A stretch of DNA of 61,802 bases, the filler included. It is 4 parts of 4 records of this genome, joined end to end, with 100 filler letters (N's around TTAATTAATTAA, not from the genome) between each part and the next. Parts side by side here need not be neighbours in the genome. Positions count along the whole stretch, not along the records: positions 1 to 28,039 come from DRR723986_13736; 3 more parts are not named here. One strand, 5' to 3'. This document shows positions 1-10,736 of this stretch, one piece after another (the first letter of the stretch is position 1; each line of letters opens with the position of its first letter). The notes under the pieces were generated by a model. It ran no database searches. It saw only the letters and a program-made list of their open reading frames with translations, and was not told the origin of the DNA. A program made the translations under genes and the position numbers.

Positions 1-591
1 TGGCTCTCCTTTATCGTAAAATTCTTTTTGGTTCAAGATCGCATCGATAACTACCGCTGTCTTACCAGTCTGACGGTCACCAATAACTAATTCTCTTTGA
101 CCTCTACCGATTGGAATCATCGCATCGATAGATTTGATACCTGTCTGAAGCGGCTCAGTAACTGGCTGACGGTAGATTACACCTGGAGCTTTACGTTCCA
201 AAGGCATTTCGTACAAGTCTCCAGTAATAGGTCCTTTACCGTCAATTGGATTACCTAAAGTATCCACAACCCGGCCTAGCATTCCTTCACCTACTTGGAT
301 AGAAGCAATTCTTTTAGTTCTTTTTACGGTATCTCCTTCTTTTACAGATTTGGAGTCACCGAAAAGTACTGCTCCGACGTTGTCTTCTTCCAGGTTCAGT
401 ACCATTGCTTTCAGACCATTGTCGAATTCTAGCAATTCACCGGACTGTGCCTTAGAAAGTCCATAGATACGAGCTACACCATCCCCCACTTGAAGGACTG
501 TACCCACTTCTTCGAGTTCAGCTTCGGTTCTTGCACCAGAGAGTTGTTCTCTTAAAATTGCCGAAACTTCATCAGGTCTTACTTCTGCCAT
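1..591 (-). CDS. atpA: F1Fo ATP synthase subunit alpha, 5' part (runs off window start)
   Basis: Not in the ORF track. Manual translation from ATG 591 gives [17 protein letters not shown]...[11 protein letters not shown]...[16 protein letters not shown] (Walker A); follows atpH. Confidence 0.97.
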   Translation of the reverse strand, partial: MAEVRPDEVSAILREQLSGARTEAELEEVGTVLQVGDGVARIYGLSKAQSGELLEFDNGLKAMVLNLEEDNVGAVLFGDSKSVKEGDTVKRTKRIASIQVGEGMLGRVVDTLGNPIDGKGPITGDLYEMPLERKAPGVIYRQPVTEPLQTGIKSIDAMIPIGRGQRELVIGDRQTGKTAVVIDAILNQKEFYDKGEP

Positions 592-614
592 GATATATAG
601 ATTAATGCTTTTTG

Positions 615-1175
615 TTAGATTTTACTTTCGTAATGATTTGTGATAAACTGAGTTTTCAACTGTCTCAGTTTGCTACTCAATGACTCGTCTATCTGGCGGT
701 CATTTACTTTCAAAATATATCCACCGATTAGGTCTGGATTTATTTTCTCAACCAATTGTACTGATTTCTTTCCAGATACTTCTTTCACAACCTCAGCAAA
801 CTCCTTGCGAAGTGTATCATCGAGAGGAAAAGTAGTAGTCACTTCAGCCACCTGAATTGACATATGAAGATTGTACTGGTTTTCAAATTCCTTTGCTACG
901 TCAAGAAGGATTTCTTCTCTATTCTTTCGAGAAATAATCTCAAAGAATGTCATAGTAAGCGGATCAACACTTTTGGCAAACAGTGCTTTTAGCACATTCA
1001 ATTTCTTATCAGAACCTACTATTGGGTTTTTCAACACCAAATTCAATTCATGATTGCTTTCTGCCAAAGCAGTCAGCCTAAGAAAATCTGTATGCACCTC
1101 CTCTAGTCTTCCTTTTTCCAAAGAAAGTTCCATGATTGACTTGGCATAGCGGGATGCTACTCTCTGGTTTGACAT
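615..1175 (-). CDS. atpH: F1Fo ATP synthase subunit delta
   Basis: VASRYAKS N-terminus, [19 protein letters not shown]-terminal motif, position between atpF and atpA. Confidence 0.95.
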   Translation of the reverse strand: MSNQRVASRYAKSIMELSLEKGRLEEVHTDFLRLTALAESNHELNLVLKNPIVGSDKKLNVLKALFAKSVDPLTMTFFEIISRKNREEILLDVAKEFENQYNLHMSIQVAEVTTTFPLDDTLRKEFAEVVKEVSGKKSVQLVEKINPDLIGGYILKVNDRQIDESLSSKLRQLKTQFITNHYESKI

Positions 1176-1184
1176 GGAGGTGTA

Positions 1185-1679
1185 TTAGTTAAGCTTAAGT
1201 TCTTTGATGAATCCTTCTACCAAATCCTTTTGAGACTTGTCATCAGAAAGATTTGCCCTCAATAATTTCTCTGTTATGTCCAAAGAAAGTGAAGCAACCT
1301 GAGACTTCACATCTGCTAAAGCAGCTTTTTTCTCAGTTTCAATCACCGCCTTAGCATTCTCGATCATCAAAGCTCCAGCTTTTACAGCTTCCGCCTTAGC
1401 ATCATCGATCATTTTAACAGAAGCATCTTGAGCTTTTTTAAGAATAGTATCTCTTTCCAGTCTGGCTTCAGCAAGAAGTTTTTCATTCTCCGCCTTTAGG
1501 TTCGCCATTTCATTTCTAGCAGTCTCAGCAGCTTTCAATGCATTGTTGATACTGGTTTCTCTCTCTTCAATTGCCGCAAGCATAGGCTTCCAGGCAAACT
1601 TGATTAGGATAAACAAGAGTGCTAAAAAGCCAAACAACTGCCAGAAGATCAGTCCGGAACTAGGTAAAATCAGATCCAT
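1185..1679 (-). CDS. atpF: F1Fo ATP synthase subunit b
   Basis: N-terminal TM helix, KFAWKPMLAAIEERE, long Ala/Glu/Lys coiled coil. Confidence 0.95.
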   Translation of the reverse strand: MDLILPSSGLIFWQLFGFLALLFILIKFAWKPMLAAIEERETSINNALKAAETARNEMANLKAENEKLLAEARLERDTILKKAQDASVKMIDDAKAEAVKAGALMIENAKAVIETEKKAALADVKSQVASLSLDITEKLLRANLSDDKSQKDLVEGFIKELKLN

Positions 1680-1706
1680 TAGATATATATAATTTCGTTA
1701 TTGTTC

Positions 1707-1738
1707 AAAAAGAGGGATTGGCCCTAATGACCAATCCC
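1707..1738 (-). terminator. Stem-loop plus U-rich tract directly after atpE (partial terminator or stabiliser)
   Basis: GGGATTGG (1714-1721) / CCAATCCC (1731-1738) inverted repeat, followed on the minus strand by TCTTTTTG. Confidence 0.6.
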
Positions 1739-1751
1739 GATTCATTTGTTC

Positions 1752-2018
<267 letters not shown>

Positions 2019-2050
2019 TTATTTAATAAATTGAACAAAGAAATTCCTAA

Positions 2051-3094
2051 TTAATGTGCCTCGTCATGTGCATGCTCTGCTACTGCAGAACCGATGTACA
2101 TCGCCGTGAACAGGGTAAATACATAAGCCTGAATCGTAGCTACCAGTAACTCGATCATATTGATAAATGTCACCATCAGCGTACTAACCACTCCAATAGT
2201 GTATGACTCAAATATGAAGACCAAAGCTATGAAAGCCAAGATTACAATGTGACCTGCTGTGATGGCTACAAAAAGACGAACCATCAAAGCAAAAGGCTTA
2301 GTGAACAAACCGATAATCTCTACCGGAACAATTACCAATAGCAATGGAATAGGAACACCGGGGGTCATGAAGACGTGTTTCCAGTAATCCTTATTGCCAT
2401 TGACATTTACAATGATAAATGTCAATACCGCTAAAGTGGCAGTAACAGCGATGTTACCTGTCAGGTTAGCCGCACCTGGAAGCAAACCGATCAGGTTACC
2501 AATCCAGATGAAAAAGAAAAGTGTAAGTAAGTAAGGTACGAACTTCTTATACTTAGGACCGATCGCTTTATGAGCGATCTCGTCTCTAACAAATATAACT
2601 ATAGGCTCTACGATTGCCGCAGCTCCCTTTGGCGCAATAGCACCGTGCTTCTTATAGTGACCAGCAGCAGAAAGAGATAGAATCAAGACAACTGCAATCA
2701 CCAGAAACATCATCACAACATTTTTAGTAATGGACAAATCAGTGAAACTAGCACCATCCACTCTACCCATATGGTCATGAGAATCTATATAATATCCTTC
2801 ATATGCATACTCCTCACCAAAGGCGTGTGTTTCATGATCCTGAAAGTCCTTAGAGCTAAAAATCTCTAAACCTCTATCTCCAGAATACACGATTACAGGA
2901 AGAGAAAGCGTTATGTGAGTATGGCCTACATTGAAAAAATGCCACTCGTGCGAGTCCTTGATGTGATGCATGATGAAGCCCGTAGGATCTTCACCTCCAT
3001 CTTCAGAATCTGCTCCAGAAGCAAAAGACACACTGGAGAAACTCAGCAAAAACGCTGACAATAAAATACTTAGGGAAAGAAATTTGCGCGTCAT
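2051..3094 (-). CDS. atpB: F1Fo ATP synthase subunit a (long Bacteroidota-type N-terminus)
   Basis: KPFALMVRLF..ITAGH and IQAYVFTLF motifs. Confidence 0.95.
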   Translation of the reverse strand: MTRKFLSLSILLSAFLLSFSSVSFASGADSEDGGEDPTGFIMHHIKDSHEWHFFNVGHTHITLSLPVIVYSGDRGLEIFSSKDFQDHETHAFGEEYAYEGYYIDSHDHMGRVDGASFTDLSITKNVVMMFLVIAVVLILSLSAAGHYKKHGAIAPKGAAAIVEPIVIFVRDEIAHKAIGPKYKKFVPYLLTLFFFIWIGNLIGLLPGAANLTGNIAVTATLAVLTFIIVNVNGNKDYWKHVFMTPGVPIPLLLVIVPVEIIGLFTKPFALMVRLFVAITAGHIVILAFIALVFIFESYTIGVVSTLMVTFINMIELLVATIQAYVFTLFTAMYIGSAVAEHAHDEAH

Positions 3095-3112
3095 CTACTC
3101 TTTTTTTGAGGG

Positions 3113-3496
3113 CTACTTCGAAATCGGGCGCAAGTTAGCCAGAAACGTGTAGATATCAAAAACCAGATAGAACAAAAACAGAATAAAGAAATCCACCACA
3201 AACAAAAGAATATTCTCTGTCCCCATAAAAACCATGATTCCAATGAAGGATAAGGAGGCAATTATCCTGAGTATCATTCCCAACATTTTTATTTGAAGTA
3301 GGTTTTCTGAAGAACCTTTTAGCAGCCAAAGACTCATTACACCCACCAAATAGGACGATATTGCCAGAAAAGACAGAATTTTCCAGATGTCCGCATGTAT
3401 GGTGGAAGGAAGCAACCATCCCAGAAAAAGGATCAGCAGACTTATTATTCCAGTGAGCAGGAAAAATTTCAGATGATAGTTAGATTTCAACAGCAT
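3113..3496 (-). CDS. Small 4-TM membrane protein at head of atp operon (AtpI-like)
   Basis: Four hydrophobic segments; immediately upstream of atpB. Confidence 0.7.
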   Translation of the reverse strand: MLLKSNYHLKFFLLTGIISLLILFLGWLLPSTIHADIWKILSFLAISSYLVGVMSLWLLKGSSENLLQIKMLGMILRIIASLSFIGIMVFMGTENILLFVVDFFILFLFYLVFDIYTFLANLRPISK

Positions 3497-3512
3497 GGGT
3501 ATTAATTTCTTA

Positions 3513-3520
3513 CAAATTTA
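3513..3520 (-). promoter_or_regulatory. Bacteroidota -7 promoter element TAAATTTG
   Basis: Exact match to TAnnTTTG on the minus strand, 16 nt from the 3496 start; no well-spaced -33 TTTG seen. Confidence 0.4.
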
Positions 3521-3542
3521 TCCCAAATTTTCTTTTGTCTGA

Positions 3543-3770
3543 CTACTTATCCGATCGAATCGAATTCCACAACTGATAAAAAGCTACCCCAATCGAGGCA
3601 AAACAAAAAAGCAGTAACCATAAAGGAAATTTCATATCACTCTTCTGCTGAAGCCACCAACCCAGCCAAGTTCCGCCACCGATAACTCCAAAAAGCTGAA
3701 ATGAAAGACCAATATACTTAACATAAACTGGTGTATTATTTCCTTCATTCTTTTTAGACTGTTCACTCAT
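3543..3770 (-). CDS. AtpZ/AtpI family small 2-TM protein
   Basis: KYIGLSFQL...GTWLGWWLQQK...PLWLLLF pattern; first gene before atp genes. Confidence 0.75.
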   Translation of the reverse strand: MSEQSKKNEGNNTPVYVKYIGLSFQLFGVIGGGTWLGWWLQQKSDMKFPLWLLLFCFASIGVAFYQLWNSIRSDK

Positions 3771-3916
3771 CTATTATCTGATTTATTCCTTAAAACTATT
3801 AAAAAATTGATGCGAATAGCCTGCCAATATAAAATCCAAAAATAATAGAACAGCGATTTCGTTCACTAAGTAAATCAAAAGACCTATTTTGCTACTTTAA
3901 TTGGGCAAAACAACTC

Positions 3917-6538
3917 ATGAGGAGATTTTCCAAGCTAGCATTAATCATTTTACTTTTTAGTGGGGCATGCTCATCCGAGCGCAACACCTTTACAAACAGG
4001 ACATTTCATAATGTCACTGCTCATTTTAATGCTTATTACCTAGCTGATGTTAGGCTGAAAGAGGTAGAATCTGAAGTTTTTAAAAATTATAAAGAAGACT
4101 ATACCCAGATTCTCCCTGTCTTTATTCCTCTTGATTCAGCAACTATTCAAGCAAATGCCGAGAAGCTTCAATCATCCAGAGAACTCGCATCAAAAGCCAT
4201 AGAATGGCATAAAATCAGCAATTGGGTAGATGATAGCTATTACATTCTTGGCAAGCTTGACTATTATCAATCGCATTTTGACGATGCACAGAACACGTTC
4301 AAGTACATCAATGTAAATTCAAAAAGTGATGATTTGCGCCATCAGACTCTAATCACTTTGCTACGGCTGTATGTAGATCAAGGGGAAGTTGAAAATGCGA
4401 ATTTCACTATTGATTACCTCTCCAAGGAAACTGATATATCAGAAGAAAACAGATATGAGCTTTACCGAACCTTGGCCTATTACTATGAGAAAAGAGGCGA
4501 TAAGAGTGGCGTAATCGGCGCATTGGATAAAGCAATAGAATATTCGAAGGACAAAAAAGAGGCCTCTCGAATCAACTTTATACTAGCCCAACGCTACCAG
4601 CGGGAAGGTTTTGATGCCTTGGCCCATGAATATTACGAAAAATCACTAGCTGGAAACCCTCCTTATGAGCGTAGTTTTTATGCACAATTGTATGCACAAC
4701 AAGTGGCTGAACTAAATGCATCAAAGGATCTTAGAAAAGTACGCAGATACTACGATGACCTATACGAAGATCCTAAAAACAAGGACCTAAAAGATGTAGT
4801 CATTTATGAAAAGGCGCTTTTTGAAGAAAAACAAGGGGACACAGAGCTTACTCTTGATTTACTTCATCAGGCAGCTAAAGAACCCGGAAGTAACCCCCGT
4901 GTGAAAGGATATATTTATCAAAAGCTCGCAGATATCAATTTATCTGAATTCAAAGATTACAGAGCCACCAAATACTACCTGGATTCTGCGCTTTCCTACA
5001 TTAATGAAAGTGATCCAATAGCGATACAAATCACAAGTCAAAAAGAGTCTCTTGATCAATATGTTTTTCATTTTGAGAGAATCCAAGACAATGACAGTCT
5101 CCTGAATTTAGCGGAATTAACTCCTGAAGAGCAAAAACTAGTCGCTGAAAACTACATTAAATCAGAAGAAGAACGCCTCATGCGGGAGGCCGCGGAACTT
5201 CAGAAACCGAAAAGCACAAGTATTTTCGACAATCTTTTAGCCTTCAATGACAGGGGGACTGGCTCATCCTTTTACTTTGACAATAGCGTCGCCATGCAAC
5301 AGGGGGCTATTGACTTTAGAAGAACCTGGGGTAATCGTCCTTTGCAGGATAATTGGAGGAGAAGTGCCATGAGTTTCCAAAGTTCAGCTCCGACCATACC
5401 TGAACCTGCTGAAGGAGACTCCATAGCCACAGAAAACGAAAGTCTTCTAAGCCAATTGCCAACCATAGACAATTTGTTGGCGGAAATCCCAAATACAGCC
5501 GAACAGATTGCCTCGCTAAACCTAGAATTAGAAGCATCATACTTCGAGTTAGGTAAACTCTTATACTTTGAGCTAAAAGAAACCGATCAAAGTGTTGAGA
5601 ACCTTGAAACTTTAGTTCGAGTTTACCCTGCTTCATCAAGAAAGCCAGAAGCGTATTATTTATTGTATTTAGCACAAAAAGATTTGGGAGGAAATTCCCA
5701 ACAATATGTAAGCCGTTTGAATCGAGAGTTTCCAGAATCACAATACACTTTTTCAGTGAACAACCCAGATGCTGCCTCGGGAAATTTGGCCTATGTAGAA
5801 TCTTCCAAAAGATACGAGCAGGCGTATAATTCTTACTATTCTGGGGAATATCAAGCCAGCAAAGCGATAATCAAATCAGCACTCGAAGAATATCCTCTCA
5901 CTCGAAATACGGAACGATTACTGCTTCTGGACATTATGGTGACGGGCAAAACTGAAAGTAAAGCTAAGTACCGAGAACGCTTAGAAAATTACATTGAAAA
6001 TACTGAAGACAAAAGTTTGGTAGAATTGGCAAGGAATATGCTAAAACCTATGCTGTCTCAAGAAGAGCTGGCAGAACTCAATCCAAAAGAACTAGCAGAA
6101 GGAGATTCCACACAGATTGAGAACACGGCTTCGGAAGATAAAGTAAAAAATGAAGGAGTATCTTCTTCACCTTTCAAATACAATGAGGCGGCAACGCACA
6201 TCTTTGCACTTGTGATGGATCCAACTCTTCCTGAAACTGCAAAAAGTCTTTTACCTGATATAGAGAATTTTCATGCGTCGAATTTCTCTAAGGAAAGATT
6301 GAGAACAGGAGATTTTAATTTCAACAGAGAGAACACGATTTTGATTATTAGCCCTTTTTCGAATGGCGAAAAAGCAAAAGAATATTACAGTAAGTTTCTA
6401 AAAGAATTCAAATCAGAAGGGTTACCTGATGAGGTAAAGTCAAATTCATTTGTGATATCGATAGAAAACTTTCAATTACTGAGTAAAAGCAAAAATTTAG
6501 AAGAATATAGGGCTTTCTTTAAGTCCGCTTATAAGTAA
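3917..6538 (+). CDS. sprE: Type IX secretion TPR lipoprotein SprE/PorW
   Basis: Lipobox LFSGAC, FHNVTAHFNAYY N-terminus, FYFDN...GAIDFRRTWGNRPLQDNWRRS motif, TPR-like helices. Confidence 0.85.
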   Translation: MRRFSKLALIILLFSGACSSERNTFTNRTFHNVTAHFNAYYLADVRLKEVESEVFKNYKEDYTQILPVFIPLDSATIQANAEKLQSSRELASKAIEWHKISNWVDDSYYILGKLDYYQSHFDDAQNTFKYINVNSKSDDLRHQTLITLLRLYVDQGEVENANFTIDYLSKETDISEENRYELYRTLAYYYEKRGDKSGVIGALDKAIEYSKDKKEASRINFILAQRYQREGFDALAHEYYEKSLAGNPPYERSFYAQLYAQQVAELNASKDLRKVRRYYDDLYEDPKNKDLKDVVIYEKALFEEKQGDTELTLDLLHQAAKEPGSNPRVKGYIYQKLADINLSEFKDYRATKYYLDSALSYINESDPIAIQITSQKESLDQYVFHFERIQDNDSLLNLAELTPEEQKLVAENYIKSEEERLMREAAELQKPKSTSIFDNLLAFNDRGTGSSFYFDNSVAMQQGAIDFRRTWGNRPLQDNWRRSAMSFQSSAPTIPEPAEGDSIATENESLLSQLPTIDNLLAEIPNTAEQIASLNLELEASYFELGKLLYFELKETDQSVENLETLVRVYPASSRKPEAYYLLYLAQKDLGGNSQQYVSRLNREFPESQYTFSVNNPDAASGNLAYVESSKRYEQAYNSYYSGEYQASKAIIKSALEEYPLTRNTERLLLLDIMVTGKTESKAKYRERLENYIENTEDKSLVELARNMLKPMLSQEELAELNPKELAEGDSTQIENTASEDKVKNEGVSSSPFKYNEAATHIFALVMDPTLPETAKSLLPDIENFHASNFSKERLRTGDFNFNRENTILIISPFSNGEKAKEYYSKFLKEFKSEGLPDEVKSNSFVISIENFQLLSKSKNLEEYRAFFKSAYK

Positions 6539-6541
6539 ACT

Positions 6542-8848
6542 ATGAGTAACAAAGCAAAACCCCAAACTTCCCCATGGGTGACCAAGACTGTAAAATTTCT
6601 TTGGATTGCCTTTATAGCAGGATTTTTTGGTTTCATCCTTTTTGTTTGGATGATTAGTATCAACTTTCTAGGATTATTTGGAACGCTACCAGACTTTAAA
6701 GCTTTAGAAAATCCAGATTCTGAAATTGCATCGGAATTATATTCTACGGACGGGGTGCTCCTAGGACAGTATTTCCGTGAAAATAGAAGCCCTGTCAAGT
6801 ATGAAGACCTGTCACCAAATCTAGTTAATGCATTGATTTCGACTGAGGATGTACGTTTTGAGAACCACTCCGGAATCGACATGCAAGCAATGATGCGGGT
6901 TTTTGTCAAATCAATTTTACTTGGCCAGAATGCCGGTGGAGGATCTACACTTAGCCAGCAGACCGCAAAAAACCTTTTCAAAACTAGAACAGATGCCAGC
7001 AATGGTTTGCTAAGCTCAATCCCTGGCCTGCGGATGTTAATCATTAAGACCAAAGAATGGATTGTTGCTACTCAATTGGAGAAAGCTTACACTAAAAATG
7101 AGATCCTAACATTGTATTTAAACACTTCCGATTTTGGATCTAACGCATTTGGGATAAAAACTGCCGCCAAGACTTTTTTTAATAAAACTCCCTCAGATCT
7201 TGCCGTTCAAGAATCAGCTGTTCTGGTTGGCCTATTCAAAGCTCCGACCTACTATAGCCCTGTTTACAATCCAGAGAACTCACTTCGTAGACGTAATACT
7301 GTATTATCACAAATGCGAAAGAACGATGCGTTAACTGATTCAGAATATGATTCTCTGTCCAAATTACCCATTGAATTAAACTATAGTGTAGCAAATCAAA
7401 ATAAAGGATTAGCTACCTATTTCAGGGAAATCGTCAAAGCAGATTTGATAAAATGGACGAAGGAAAACTTAAAATCCGATGGAAGTGCATATGATCTTTA
7501 CGGAGATGGTCTTAGAATTTATGCTACTATTGATAGCCGCATGCAGCAATACGCAGAAGATGCAGTGGCAGATCATATGGCAACCTTGCAAGCTAAATTC
7601 TATAAGGAAATGGGTAAAAATGACCCATGGATAGATGAACACCGTCGTGTTATCCCGAATTTCATCGAAGATGCCGTAAGAAGAACTGAAGCTTACCGCT
7701 TACTCAAAGTACGCTACGGAAACGACACAGATTCTATCAATCTCAAGCTGAATGAGAAAAAGAAGATGAAGGTATTCTCATGGGAAAAAGGAGAAATAGA
7801 TACCCTAATGAGCTCAATGGATTCCATGCGGTATTATAAGAAATTCCTTCAGACTGGCTTTATGAGTATGGATGCACATACGGGACAAATCAAAGCTTGG
7901 GTGGGTGGTTTGGACCATAAGTATTTTAAGTACGACCACGTACTTAGAGCTAAGAGACAGCCTGGTTCTACCTTCAAGCCATTCGTATATGCCGCAGCCA
8001 TTGAAAATGGCTACAGTCCATGCTATAGTGTGATCGATCAGCCTGTGGAAGTTTACATTCCAGGGCAACCTGCATGGAGTCCTTCCAATGCAGACGGAAC
8101 ATTCTCCTATAAGAAAATGACTATCAGACATGCGATGGCAGAATCTGTAAATTCTATTACTGCCTATATGATGAAAAAGTTAAGCCCTAAGATTGTGGTA
8201 GAGACCGCAAGAAGATTAGGAGTAACAAGTGATTTGGAAGAAGTTCCAGCTTTGGCGCTAGGAGTAAATGATGTTTCTATTTTCGAAATGGTGGGGGCCT
8301 TTGGGACTTTTGTCAATAAAGGTGAGCATACAACCCCATTCTATATTGACCGCATTGAGGATAAAAACGGGAACGTAATTCAGCAATTCACAGCTAAAAA
8401 GAGACCGGCAATGAGCGAAGAACATGCTTATTTAATGACTTATATGCTCCGAGGTGGTTTTGAAGAAAGCGGCGGAACAAGTCAGGGTGTGGATTGGGAA
8501 TTGAGGCAAGACAATGAGCTTGGAGGTAAAACTGGAACAACCCAAAATGCTTCCGATGGTTGGTATATGGGAATAAGTAAAGACCTAGTAAGTGGAGTAT
8601 GGGTAGGTGGAGATGATCGCGCTATTCACTTTAGAAGTTGGTATGAAGGTCAAGGAGGTAGGACTGCCCGACCTATTTGGCAGAACTACATGAAAAAAGT
8701 TTATGCTGACAAGAGTTTAGGATATACTAAGGGTGCATTTCCAAGACCTGAGCGTCCTCTTAGTATAGAAATAGATTGCGATGTCTATGAAAAAGAAAGT
8801 CAGCGTTTTGCTGACTTTGATTATGATGCAAAGAAGAACGATTTTTAA
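6542..8848 (+). CDS. Class A penicillin-binding protein (PBP1A-type transglycosylase/transpeptidase)
   Basis: EDVRFENHSGID, GGGSTLSQQTAKNL, QPGSTFKP (SxxK), SVN, KTGTT; N-terminal TM anchor. Confidence 0.95.
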   Translation: MSNKAKPQTSPWVTKTVKFLWIAFIAGFFGFILFVWMISINFLGLFGTLPDFKALENPDSEIASELYSTDGVLLGQYFRENRSPVKYEDLSPNLVNALISTEDVRFENHSGIDMQAMMRVFVKSILLGQNAGGGSTLSQQTAKNLFKTRTDASNGLLSSIPGLRMLIIKTKEWIVATQLEKAYTKNEILTLYLNTSDFGSNAFGIKTAAKTFFNKTPSDLAVQESAVLVGLFKAPTYYSPVYNPENSLRRRNTVLSQMRKNDALTDSEYDSLSKLPIELNYSVANQNKGLATYFREIVKADLIKWTKENLKSDGSAYDLYGDGLRIYATIDSRMQQYAEDAVADHMATLQAKFYKEMGKNDPWIDEHRRVIPNFIEDAVRRTEAYRLLKVRYGNDTDSINLKLNEKKKMKVFSWEKGEIDTLMSSMDSMRYYKKFLQTGFMSMDAHTGQIKAWVGGLDHKYFKYDHVLRAKRQPGSTFKPFVYAAAIENGYSPCYSVIDQPVEVYIPGQPAWSPSNADGTFSYKKMTIRHAMAESVNSITAYMMKKLSPKIVVETARRLGVTSDLEEVPALALGVNDVSIFEMVGAFGTFVNKGEHTTPFYIDRIEDKNGNVIQQFTAKKRPAMSEEHAYLMTYMLRGGFEESGGTSQGVDWELRQDNELGGKTGTTQNASDGWYMGISKDLVSGVWVGGDDRAIHFRSWYEGQGGRTARPIWQNYMKKVYADKSLGYTKGAFPRPERPLSIEIDCDVYEKESQRFADFDYDAKKNDF

Positions 8849-8870
8849 AAAAATATAAATCCTCTTTCCA

Positions 8871-8901
8871 AAACAGCCTTACACCAAGGCTGTTTTTTTT
8901 T
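8871..8901 (+). terminator. Rho-independent terminator after PBP1A
   Basis: AAACAGCCTT-acacc-AAGGCTGTTT followed by a T run. Confidence 0.85.
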
Positions 8902-8912
8902 AATTTTAGCCT

Positions 8913-10718
8913 ATGCAATCCTCTTCCTTTTTACCAACTGATCACCTCACGCTTCCAGATCAACCGGGGGTATACAAATATTTCAATGAGGAGAATGAAT
9001 TAATATATGTTGGTAAGGCAAAAAGCTTAAAAAAGCGGGTTGGTAGTTATTTCAACAAAAATACAGGCGTAAATCTCAAGACCAGAAAGATGGTCAAAGA
9101 AATACGAAGAATTGAAATCACTTTAGTTGACAGCGAATTTGACGCTCTCCTTTTGGAGAATAACTTGATAAAAAAGTCACAGCCGAAGTATAACATCTTA
9201 CTTCGAGACGATAAGACGTATCCTTATCTGCTTTTAACAAAAGAAAATTTCCCGCAAATCTTCCCTACGAGAAAAATGATTCCTAGGAGAGGAACTTACT
9301 TTGGGCCTTTTGCCAGTGTGAAGGCTATGAATAATGTACTGGACTTGATTCGAGAGTTATTCACTATAAGAACTTGCAAACTTGATTTATCCCCATATAA
9401 AATAGCTGAGGGAAAATATAAAGTATGCCTAGAATACCACATAGGTAATTGCCAGGGGCCTTGTGTAGGATTACAAAATGAGGTTGATTACAATAAAGAT
9501 TTGGAGCAGGCAAAGCATATCCTAAAGGGTAATCTTGCTGTGGCAAAAGCATATTTCAAACAAGAAATGCAGCTACATGCAGAAAACCTGGAATTTGAAA
9601 AAGCTCACAAACTCAAGGAAAAATTGGAGTTGCTTGAAAAGTACCAGGCCAAGTCGCTAATAGCAAGCCCGTCAATTAACAATCTAGACGTGTGTACAAT
9701 TGTGTCTGATGAGAAGCATGCCTATGTAAACTTCATGCGGGTAAAAAATGGCGCGCTGATAACATCAAAGAACGTGGAGCTAAAAAAGAGACTGGATGAA
9801 TCTGACGAACAATTGCTCCTCACAGCATTAATTAGACTTCAAGATCAATTCCAAAGTGATGCCGAAGAGGTCTTACTAAATATCGAGTTGACAGAACAGA
9901 TAGAGGGATTGAATGTATTCCATCCGAAAATTGGAGATAAGAAGAAGCTTATCGAGTTATCCTTGAAAAATGCTCTTTATTACAAAAAAGAAAAAGCTTT
10001 ATTAGTAGGCTTAAATCAGGATAAAAAAGACCGAGTAATCCGCCAACTGCAACAAGATTTAAGTTTGCCGGAAATACCAGATCACATAGAATGCTTTGAC
10101 AACTCCAATATTCAAGGCACTAATCCTGTAGCTAGTATGGTTTGTTTTTTAAATGGTAAACCTGCGGTTAAAGAATATCGACATTATCACATTAAAACTG
10201 TCGTTGGTCCAGATGACTTTGCAAGTATGAAAGAAGTTGTAGGGCGTAGGTATAAGCGTCTATTAGACGAAGGTAAGCCTATGCCAAAGCTTGTGGTAAT
10301 AGACGGTGGTAAAGGTCAATTATCATCGGCAGTCGAGGCGCTCAAGGAATTGGGTGTATATGGGCAGATGCCTATTATTGGGATTGCCAAAAGACTGGAA
10401 GAAATCTATTTCCCTGGAGATTCCTATCCTATTCATATCGATAAGAAATCAGAGAGTTTGAGGCTATTGCAAAGAATCCGTGACGAAGCTCATCGCTTTG
10501 CTATTACCTTTCATAGAAACATCCGAAGTAAAAATGCTTTTGGAACACAGCTGACAGCTATCCCTGGCATAGGTAAAAGCACAGCTGATAACTTATTGAG
10601 TCATTTTAAATCAGTAAAAAAGATCAATGAGGCAAGCGAGAAAGAAATAGCCGCAGTAATAGGAGCTAGTCGCGCAAAAGCACTAATAGAATGGAAAGAA
10701 AAAAATAAAGGGGCTTAA
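8913..10718 (+). CDS. uvrC: Excinuclease ABC subunit C
   Basis: GIY-YIG (PGVYKY...YVGKAKSL), ECFDNSNIQG, IDGGKGQL, RDEAHRFAI, C-terminal HhH. Confidence 0.97.
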   Translation: MQSSSFLPTDHLTLPDQPGVYKYFNEENELIYVGKAKSLKKRVGSYFNKNTGVNLKTRKMVKEIRRIEITLVDSEFDALLLENNLIKKSQPKYNILLRDDKTYPYLLLTKENFPQIFPTRKMIPRRGTYFGPFASVKAMNNVLDLIRELFTIRTCKLDLSPYKIAEGKYKVCLEYHIGNCQGPCVGLQNEVDYNKDLEQAKHILKGNLAVAKAYFKQEMQLHAENLEFEKAHKLKEKLELLEKYQAKSLIASPSINNLDVCTIVSDEKHAYVNFMRVKNGALITSKNVELKKRLDESDEQLLLTALIRLQDQFQSDAEEVLLNIELTEQIEGLNVFHPKIGDKKKLIELSLKNALYYKKEKALLVGLNQDKKDRVIRQLQQDLSLPEIPDHIECFDNSNIQGTNPVASMVCFLNGKPAVKEYRHYHIKTVVGPDDFASMKEVVGRRYKRLLDEGKPMPKLVVIDGGKGQLSSAVEALKELGVYGQMPIIGIAKRLEEIYFPGDSYPIHIDKKSESLRLLQRIRDEAHRFAITFHRNIRSKNAFGTQLTAIPGIGKSTADNLLSHFKSVKKINEASEKEIAAVIGASRAKALIEWKEKNKGA

Positions 10719-10726
10719 AAAGCCCC
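10701..10726 (-). terminator. Terminator hairpin between convergent uvrC and gldN
   Basis: GGGGCTT-aaa-AAGCCCC (10710-10726), with TTTATTTTT downstream on the minus strand. Confidence 0.6.
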
Positions 10727-10736
10727 GTTGTATTTA

